From Octopus sinensis (Eukaryota), in NCBI RefSeq assembly GCF_006345805.1, contig NC_043013.1:5332001-5396000 (forward strand): a stretch of 64,000 nucleotides of DNA, written 5' to 3'. Under the pieces are notes generated by a model. It was given only the letters and a program-made list of their open reading frames with translations, was not told the DNA's origin and did not search any database. Position numbers and translations under genes: made by a program. Positions 63,045-64,000 of the stretch are shown here, piece after piece. Numbering within the stretch: the stretch's first letter is position 1; each line of letters starts with the position of its first letter.

Positions 63045-63125
63045 ATATATATATAAAATATATATATATAGATATATAAAATACATATATATACATGTGT
63101 GTGTGTGCGTGTATAAATATGCATA
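59945..63125. repeat. Simple-repeat block: (CAC)n 59945-60200, AT/CA 60365-60600 and 61215-61410, (GGT)n 61545-61960, (CAC)n 62070-62300, AT/GT 62800-63125
   Basis: Directly visible. Confidence 0.92.
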
Positions 63126-63334
63126 AAATATATCATCATCATCATCGTTTAACGTCCGTTTTCCGCGCTAGCACGGGTTGGACGGTATATATATATGTTT
63201 GTGTGTGTGTATGTATATACATATCTATATATTTTCCCACATGCACACACAGACACACATAAATGCATGCATATATGCGTACATACATATATACATACAT
63301 ATCGTCGTTGTCATTATCATCACTTTATGTCTGT

Positions 63335-63818
63335 TTTACACCGAAAATTTTACCCAAAGATTTTCCGAAAATTTTACCCAAAAATTTTTCTAAAACTTTC
63401 ACCGAAAATTTTCACCAAAAATTTTTCGAAAATTTTACCCAAAAATTTTTCCAAAAACTTTTCCGAAGATTTTCACCGATAATTTTACCCAACAATTTTT
63501 CGAAAATTTTCACCAAAAATTTTTCAAAAATTTTCACCGAAAATTTTACCCAAAAATTTTCCGAAAATTTTTTCTGCAATTTTGATGAAATTCGAAATAT
63601 ATATATAAAATTTTCCGAAAATTTTACCCAAAGATTTTCCGAAAATTTTACCCAAAAGTTTTTCCAAAATTTTCACCGAAAATTTTCCCCAAAAATTTTC
63701 CGAAAATTTTCCCCAAGAATTTTTCGAAAATTTTCACCGAAAATTTTACCCAAAAATCTTTTGAAAATTTTCACCGAAAATTTTAACCAAAAATTTTCCG
63801 AAAATTTTCACCAAAATT
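63335..63818. repeat. A4T4-based minisatellite, 11-13 bp units with a ~274-bp higher-order duplication
   Basis: Repeated aaaatttt(c)acc(g/c)a; a 40-nt block recurs at 63344 and 63618. Confidence 0.9.
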
Positions 63819-64000
63819 AGCTGAACCGCTAAATAATGGGGATATAAACACACCAACACCGGTTGTCAAATGGTGGTGGATGGGGACAAACACTGACACA
63901 CACACACGAGCAGATATACGACAGACTTCTTTCAGTTTCCGTCTACCAAATCCACTCACAAGGCTTTGGTTGACCCAAGGCTATAGTAGAAGAAACGTGC
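63818..64000 (-). mobile_element. Family A SINE, partial, runs off the window
   Basis: Matches the middle of the reference copy. Confidence 0.82.

Noticed and set aside
63263-63820. 185-aa repetitive ORF
   Set aside because: It is a by-product of the A4T4 minisatellite; its start lies in a microsatellite.

Overview
Eukaryotic, AT-rich, microsatellite- and retroposon-dense window. The repeat content looks like an octopod (Octopus) genome; this is recognition from memory, not a search. Two host genes are supported, arranged head to head. (1) An intronless MRPL28 ORF on the minus strand (4497-5282). (2) A six-coding-exon alpha/beta-hydrolase on the plus strand (21479-34095, 465 aa, all GT-AG introns with compatible phases, Ser-Asp-His triad), resembling isoprenylcysteine methylesterase-like proteins. 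No convincing exon was found from about 34.4 kb to the end. The rest is several tRNA-headed SINE families, 3' fragments of RTE and CR1 LINEs, small DNA transposons (hAT-, piggyBac-, Tc1/pogo-, Helitron-like) and simple repeats. The best leads are: a tRNA-headed short element carrying a Penelope-type minimal hammerhead-ribozyme motif (three copies with the motif, plus a deleted copy); an oxyanion-hole Gly-to-Glu change in the hydrolase that one A-to-I edit would revert; and several near-perfect fold-back hairpins, nested insertions and head-to-tail SINE arrays. All alignments were done by eye, so repeat boundaries are approximate to about 10 bp.
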